From NCBI RefSeq assembly GCF_053078305.1, contig NZ_CP166875.1: a stretch of DNA of 64,000 bases. The stretch is one strand, 5' to 3'. The stretch is from a plasmid. Made by a program: the position numbers and the translations under genes. Shown here one piece after another: positions 59,468 through 64,000 of the stretch. Position 1 is the stretch's first letter, and every line of letters begins with the position of its first letter. The notes under the pieces are model-generated. The model was not told the origin of the DNA, ran no database searches, and was given only the letters and a program-made list of their open reading frames with translations.

Positions 59468-59710
59468 ATGAAGGATGAAATACACAGTACCAGCATTAAC
59501 CCGGATGTTGTTGAGCAGTTTCTGGCCCTTATGAACACACATTGTAAATCCTCAGAAGAGGCACTCGCCATGCTGAGTACGCTTTGTTACAACCTGATGA
59601 TGACATGCGGTATCCATTCCATGGACAGCCAGATGCTCAATGGGCATGGGATATCCATGCAACTTCAGGGGATTGATATTGCCGAAAGGCCAGGCAAGAA
59701 TATTCACTAA
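59468..59710 (+). CDS. small hypothetical protein
   Basis: 80 aa from ATG 59468 (AAGGA Shine-Dalgarno); first of four consecutive small same-strand ORFs. Confidence 0.3.
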   Translation: MKDEIHSTSINPDVVEQFLALMNTHCKSSEEALAMLSTLCYNLMMTCGIHSMDSQMLNGHGISMQLQGIDIAERPGKNIH

Positions 59711-60009
59711 CCTGAACAGGGTCTGAAAACGCTGATTTTTCAGCGTCTCTGCAGGCTAAAACTGATGATGTAATGACAACAAAATTTCTGCGTTTGTACC
59801 CCACCGATGAAAAAGACAAAAACTCACACCGGGCTTCTCATCATTAAAGATAAAACCCGACGTGTCAGCCTCTACGAAACGCCAACGGCATGGTGTATCA
59901 GGGGGCAGGAGTGCTACAGCAAAAGTACAGGACGCCGCTGTGGCAGCCACGACAGTCTGAGCAGACTGCGCCTGGACAGCATTAAGCCTGTTGAATGAGT
60001 GGTGGCACC

Positions 60010-60378
60010 ATGAAAGATAACAACACAACCTCCACCCCAGAAGCCTGGAAAATGCGTTTTCTGGCCAACGGGACATCCGGCACATGGTTTTACACTGACG
60101 ACATTGCAGTCACTGACGCGTGGCTTCGCGCGCACCCGGATGATGTGGAGGTTATCCCTCTCTGCCGGATACAGCCCCGCCAGCATTCCCATGAACAACA
60201 TATTGAAGAACTCCGCGCAGCCCTGGCCCGGATGCTCCATATGCATCATATGATGCTGGAAACCACACATTACCGGGAAAATATCACCGATGCCCGTTGT
60301 ATCCGTGAAATGCATGAAGCGCCATTACAGGCGCTCAATATTCTGTCCAGATACCCGCATAAAAAGGACGAGGTGTGA
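60010..60378 (+). CDS. small hypothetical protein
   Basis: 122 aa from ATG 60010 (GGTGG Shine-Dalgarno); His-rich (HMHHMMLETTH). Confidence 0.3.
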   Translation: MKDNNTTSTPEAWKMRFLANGTSGTWFYTDDIAVTDAWLRAHPDDVEVIPLCRIQPRQHSHEQHIEELRAALARMLHMHHMMLETTHYRENITDARCIREMHEAPLQALNILSRYPHKKDEV

Positions 60379-60381
60379 CGC

Positions 60382-60597
60382 ATGTGGCTACTGATTTTCT
60401 GGCTTTCATCGCCCTTTAATGTCTCTTCCGGTGATGCCCGTCAGCCCACACTGGCGGTGCACAGCCAGGCCTTTCATACCGAACGGGCCTGCCGCGATGC
60501 ATTGCGCGCCATTAAAAAGGAGAATGTTGGCGAATTTTCTCTGCGGGGCGTTTGTGTTTCTGACGGAAATACGAAGGAGGAGGCTGAGAGCTCATGA
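60382..60597 (+). CDS. small hypothetical protein with N-terminal hydrophobic segment
   Basis: 71 aa; begins 4 nt after the previous stop; MWLLIFWLSSPF hydrophobic N-terminus. Confidence 0.3.
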   Translation: MWLLIFWLSSPFNVSSGDARQPTLAVHSQAFHTERACRDALRAIKKENVGEFSLRGVCVSDGNTKEEAESS

Positions 60598-60845
60598 CGG
60601 ATATTACTGACAGACATACACTTCGCCGTATGTCCTGGTCGGAACTCATCACGGCAGGACAGGAAGCAGAATTTCAGCATGATTACGAGCGTGCCAGAAT
60701 AGTGTGGTCATTCGCCTTACATGTTGCAACAACCACGATTAACAAAAATCTGGCCATAGCTCATATTCGACGCTGCGATACTTTGTTGCATAAATCAAAG
60801 GCTGTACCCGGAAACAACCCGTGTGGTTCCGGTCAGCGAGTCTGA
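60594..60845 (+). CDS. small hypothetical protein
   Basis: 83 aa; ATGA overlap with the previous gene. Confidence 0.3.
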   Translation: MTDITDRHTLRRMSWSELITAGQEAEFQHDYERARIVWSFALHVATTTINKNLAIAHIRRCDTLLHKSKAVPGNNPCGSGQRV

Positions 60846-61475
60846 GACCTCAACATCCCGGGTGATGATTGTCATTCCGGACTGACGCAGCCGCTGCACA
60901 TCTGCGGCAATACGTTGAATACCAAGCCAGAACAGACCATCCAGCGCGGTGACAATTAACCCGCTTTCCAGCGCCAGTTTCAGCCGTGCTGTCGGGGCTT
61001 TAACCTGCCCGGCTATATCAGTGAAACAACGCGTCGTCATGCCATAGCTGTCCGCCCGCCGTATTCGCGTCGCAAGACTGTAACTGAAGCTATCCGGCAC
61101 GCCGGATAAGTCATTCTGCAGACTGTATACACATCCCCGCTGCCGCTCATTGAATACAACTTTTTTCTGGCTGAGCTGCCATTCCCGCCGCACGCTGTCA
61201 ATCATCTGCGGTGTCCGGGTTAACAGCAGACGAAACGGCAGTTCAAAACTGGTCACATAATCAACATTAAGTAAGGCAATCCGCAGCCGCTCCCTGGCTC
61301 CTGCTCCGGTATCACGGCATTCACGCATGACATCTTCCCACTGGCGCATCAGTCGCGGTGACTCATTCCTGGCCCTGAACTGATATTTCTCAATCTGATA
61401 ATCAATATGTTCCTGCATACCGTCACCGGATATCTGTTGCCGTATCATCACGGATATCAGCGTACTGGAATTCAT
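60795..61475 (-). CDS. hypothetical protein
   Basis: 226-aa ORF convergent with the small-gene array; no recognisable motif. Confidence 0.35.
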   Translation of the reverse strand: MNSSTLISVMIRQQISGDGMQEHIDYQIEKYQFRARNESPRLMRQWEDVMRECRDTGAGARERLRIALLNVDYVTSFELPFRLLLTRTPQMIDSVRREWQLSQKKVVFNERQRGCVYSLQNDLSGVPDSFSYSLATRIRRADSYGMTTRCFTDIAGQVKAPTARLKLALESGLIVTALDGLFWLGIQRIAADVQRLRQSGMTIITRDVEVSDSLTGTTRVVSGYSL

Positions 61476-61577
61476 GCCCTGCGTGAAGTATCACACTGCC
61501 AAAAAAAACACACCTGAACGTTATTATTTCGCAATATTAATTGCACCTGTTTTCATAAATAAAAAGGAGACGATGAA

Positions 61578-62045
61578 ATGATAAAATATATCTTTTCACT
61601 CACCATTATTTTTTCCGCTTCTCTCTGTGCTGCACAGATTCAGGGGCACGTCATCCGCGTTCTTGATGGTGATACGCTGGAAATATTACAGGACAAAAAG
61701 CCTGTCAGGGTCCGTCTGGCTAATATTGATGCACCGGAAAAGAAACAGCCCTTTGGACGCTGGTCAGCCACTCAGCTGAAGGACCTGGTGGCCGGAAAGC
61801 CCGTAACCGTGCAATACGCGCAGACAGACAGGTATGGCCGTATTCTCGGCCGGGTCTATACCGCTGACGGCACAGAAGCAAATCGCTGGCAGGTCCGTAA
61901 CGGCGCTGCCTGGGTGTACCCGGACTACAATAATGACTATACTCTCCCGCCGCTCCAGCGTGATGCCCGCGCCCTGAAGCGGGGATTATGGGCAGATAAA
62001 AATCCGGTACCACCATGGACCTGGAGAAAACAGAATAAGAAATAA
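61578..62045 (+). CDS. nuc: secreted staphylococcal-nuclease-like (SNase) endonuclease
   Basis: 155 aa; signal peptide, then SNase pattern ...VIRVLDGDTLEI...VRVRLANIDAPE...YGRILGRVY... Confidence 0.75.
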   Translation: MIKYIFSLTIIFSASLCAAQIQGHVIRVLDGDTLEILQDKKPVRVRLANIDAPEKKQPFGRWSATQLKDLVAGKPVTVQYAQTDRYGRILGRVYTADGTEANRWQVRNGAAWVYPDYNNDYTLPPLQRDARALKRGLWADKNPVPPWTWRKQNKK

Positions 62046-62195
62046 TTATTTGCTGATATGAAGAAAAAAACCATTTCAAAGAAAATAAATGGCAAAAATA
62101 CAGCATGGAAAAAAATTGCCATTTTTACCGCCGCGTTATTTTTAATATTTGCTGTCTGCTGGTCGTAATAAGCAGAATAACAGAAAGGTGTAAAA

Positions 62196-62372
62196 ATGAA
62201 CCTGGTTGATGCATTTGTCACTAAAGTGATATCCGGACCGTATGAAGAATACGGAAAATGGTGGGTGGATGTAGAATATATTTCCTGGGGAGTTCCGGGT
62301 AAAAGCCGGCTCATGTTTGACTCACGGGAACAGGCACAGGAAGTGCAGGAAGGTTTTCGATTTTTAACCTGA
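62196..62372 (+). CDS. small hydrophilic protein (58 aa), part of repeated module
   Basis: ATG 62196 with AAAGGTG Shine-Dalgarno; MNLVDAFVTKVISGPYEEYGKWWVDVEYISWGVPGKSRLMFDSREQAQEVQEGFRFLT; followed by hairpin GGGCAGAAGGCGGTGACCCTCTGCCC; a truncated paralog lies at 62958-63062. Confidence 0.3.
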   Translation: MNLVDAFVTKVISGPYEEYGKWWVDVEYISWGVPGKSRLMFDSREQAQEVQEGFRFLT

Positions 62373-62434
62373 GCATATTTTGTTAAAGGGCAGAAGGCGG
62401 TGACCCTCTGCCCTTAAGTACGTTTCCGGGATTA

Positions 62435-62530
62435 TCAGTCAACCAGTTCCCGGATCAGTTCCAGGAGAGCTATCACTGCGTTAGCCACAGCAACAACCGC
62501 CCTGAGAACGATGATTAACAGGTTAATCAT
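62435..62530 (-). CDS. 31-aa hydrophobic peptide, type I toxin-like (TisB/ZorO-like), copy 1
   Basis: Reverse-strand ATG (62528-62530) preceded by GGAG Shine-Dalgarno; MINLLIIVLRAVVAVANAVIALLELIRELVD; near-identical copy at 63119-63214. Confidence 0.45.
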   Translation of the reverse strand: MINLLIIVLRAVVAVANAVIALLELIRELVD

Positions 62531-62755
62531 CCGCTTCTCCATCAATGGAGAAAGAACACCGTGGTTTGCCCTTACATTGCCTGTCGCCACGTTTTCTATA
62601 GTGTCAGTTATAGACAGTTCTTCTCCGGCCAGAGCACCAAAACCAGCACCACCTGATGTTTTGGCCAGGACTTGCAACCTGTTCATCCCGGTGAACGATA
62701 TGCCGGAAAGAACGTGCCTCAAAGCTGACACACCGAGTATATACTTATACTGTGC

Positions 62756-62784
62756 TTGCAGAAATATTATTTCAGCCGTATTAT
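62756..62784 (+). promoter_or_regulatory. sigma-70-like promoter for a short plus-strand transcript upstream (on the coding strand) of toxin copy 1
   Basis: TTGCAG -35 (62756-62761), 17-bp spacer, TATTAT -10 (62779-62784); about 90 nt downstream is an A-run / hairpin / T-run element (62844-62877). Confidence 0.35.
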
Positions 62785-62957
62785 TTCATAGTCAGTTATA
62801 GGCAGTTATCTTCCGGTCAGGGCTACCAACTTCGATCCGGAATCGCAAAAAAACCGGCCTCACCAGTCGGTTTTTTTGCGTCTGTACCTCCTCCCCGGAC
62901 AGCAGTTCTCTCACTCCCGTTGAATATTTCCTGTTGAATTTTACGAAAATACGGCAA

Positions 62958-63062
62958 ATGGGAGATATCGAATATATTTCCTTGGGTGTAGTCGGTAAAA
63001 ACCAGCTCATGTTTGACTCACAGAAACAGGCTCTGGAAGTACAGAAAGTAATCTGTCCGTAG
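62958..63062 (+). CDS. truncated paralog of the 58-aa small protein (34 aa)
   Basis: MGDIEYISLGVVGKNQLMFDSQKQALEVQKVICP, similar to residues 25-55 of the 62196 ORF; weak RBS, possibly degenerate. Confidence 0.2.
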   Translation: MGDIEYISLGVVGKNQLMFDSQKQALEVQKVICP

Positions 63063-63118
63063 ATTATTAAAGGGCAGAGGGCGGTGACCCTCTGCCCTTA
63101 AGTACGTTTCCGGGATTA

Positions 63119-63214
63119 TCAGTCAACCAGTTCCCGGATCAGTTCCAGGAGAGCTATCACTGCGTTAGCCACAGCAACAACCGCCCTGAGAACGATGATT
63201 AACAGGTTAATCAT
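63119..63214 (-). CDS. 31-aa hydrophobic peptide, type I toxin-like, copy 2
   Basis: Same peptide as 62435-62530 (MINLLIIVLRAVVAVANAVIALLELIRELVD); flanking about 150 bp also duplicated. Confidence 0.45.
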   Translation of the reverse strand: MINLLIIVLRAVVAVANAVIALLELIRELVD

Positions 63215-63748
63215 CCGTTTCTCCATCAATGGAGGAAATCACTGTTGTTTACTCTTACATTGCCTGTCACAACAGCTCTTTCATTGTTAGCTGAAAAGAG
63301 ACTTCCTCCGGCCAGAGCACCAGACGCAGCACCACCTGTTTGTCCGGCCAGGTCTTTGAATAGCACAGATCCATAGTCCCGATGGATTGATGCGAAGGTA
63401 AGTCTCCAGACAAGGCTAACTTGCTGATTATACTTGTTTCAGGCGATATCGCTACTCCCGGAACAATAGACTGTAACGAACAGATTGCGATCAGGTGAAT
63501 ATAACGATATTCTGGTAACGTTAGTTGAAAAGAGACTTCCCCCGGGCCAGAGCCACCCACTCTCCCTGGGATCGCAAAAAAGCCGGCCTCACCAGTCGGC
63601 TTTTTTGTGCCTGTCTCTCACCACCTTCTGCTGTTCCTGTGAAAATGCCCTGCTGAATTCAGCCCTGCCCGGTCATTACCGGCGATTGTTCGCATTAATT
63701 CCACTCAGCCTCATCCCGAAATTTATCTATTTATCGATGGAGGAATCC

Positions 63749-64000
63749 TCGTGTCTTACCAACACTCCCCCACAACAGAAGACCCGATGAACATATGGTA
63801 TATCGTTGGCACCATATGTCTGCTCTTTGCGCTTCTCATCTGGCTCTTTTTACCCGACATCGTCTTTGCCACCTGCCTGATCCTGCACACAATGTGGGGG
63901 ATGACTGACTGGGGGCCTTTTCACCATTTTGCCGCCCCCCGTTACAACCTGCTGGCCATCACTGCTAACAACGCGGCAACCATCACTTTCGGCCAGTGGC
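63749..64000 (+). CDS. membrane protein, N-terminal part (continues beyond window end)
   Basis: Open frame from GTG 63749 (GGAGGA Shine-Dalgarno) or ATG 63787 to the window end; MNIWYIVGTICLLFALLIWLFLPDIVFATCLILHTMWGM... hydrophobic. Confidence 0.3.

Noticed and set aside
1-64000. CRISPR arrays, rRNA or tRNA genes, integrase/attachment sites
   Set aside because: No regularly spaced short direct repeats, no rRNA-like or cloverleaf-like sequences, and no tyrosine integrase other than the shufflon recombinase Rci were seen by eye; the only repeats are the IS66 ends, the sfx sites, the Sog linker repeats and the tandem toxin-like modules.

Overview
This window reads as a plasmid-like accessory segment of an enterobacterium carrying an IncI-type conjugation system. 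From left to right: a partial MFS transporter; a pore-forming colicin operon (colicin S4-like, with an SOS promoter, an A-type immunity gene and a lysis gene broken by an in-frame TGA); a Tn3-family end relic; phd-doc and RelB/ParD-RelE/ParE toxin-antitoxin modules with a co-oriented DEDDh exonuclease; a RepA1-type (IncFII / I-complex-like) replicon; an NusG/RfaH-like gene; an NfeD-like/flotillin pair (yqiJ/yqiK-like) split by a complete IS66-family element with 8-bp target duplication; a thin-pilus (type IVb) operon pilL-pilV with a shufflon and rci; an I-type transfer region (traJ-like ATPase, Sog-like primase, traU-like and traY-like genes, excA-like) interrupted by an AT-rich cassette; and an AT-rich cargo region. 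Gene names for the transfer region rest on gene order and motifs recalled from R64-type plasmids, not on a database search. The best candidates for something undescribed are the 527-aa HTH / sigma-region-4 / PD-(D/E)xK protein, the tandem type-I-toxin-like modules at the right end, and the opposite-strand gene in the AT-rich cassette. No rRNA, tRNA or CRISPR array was seen.
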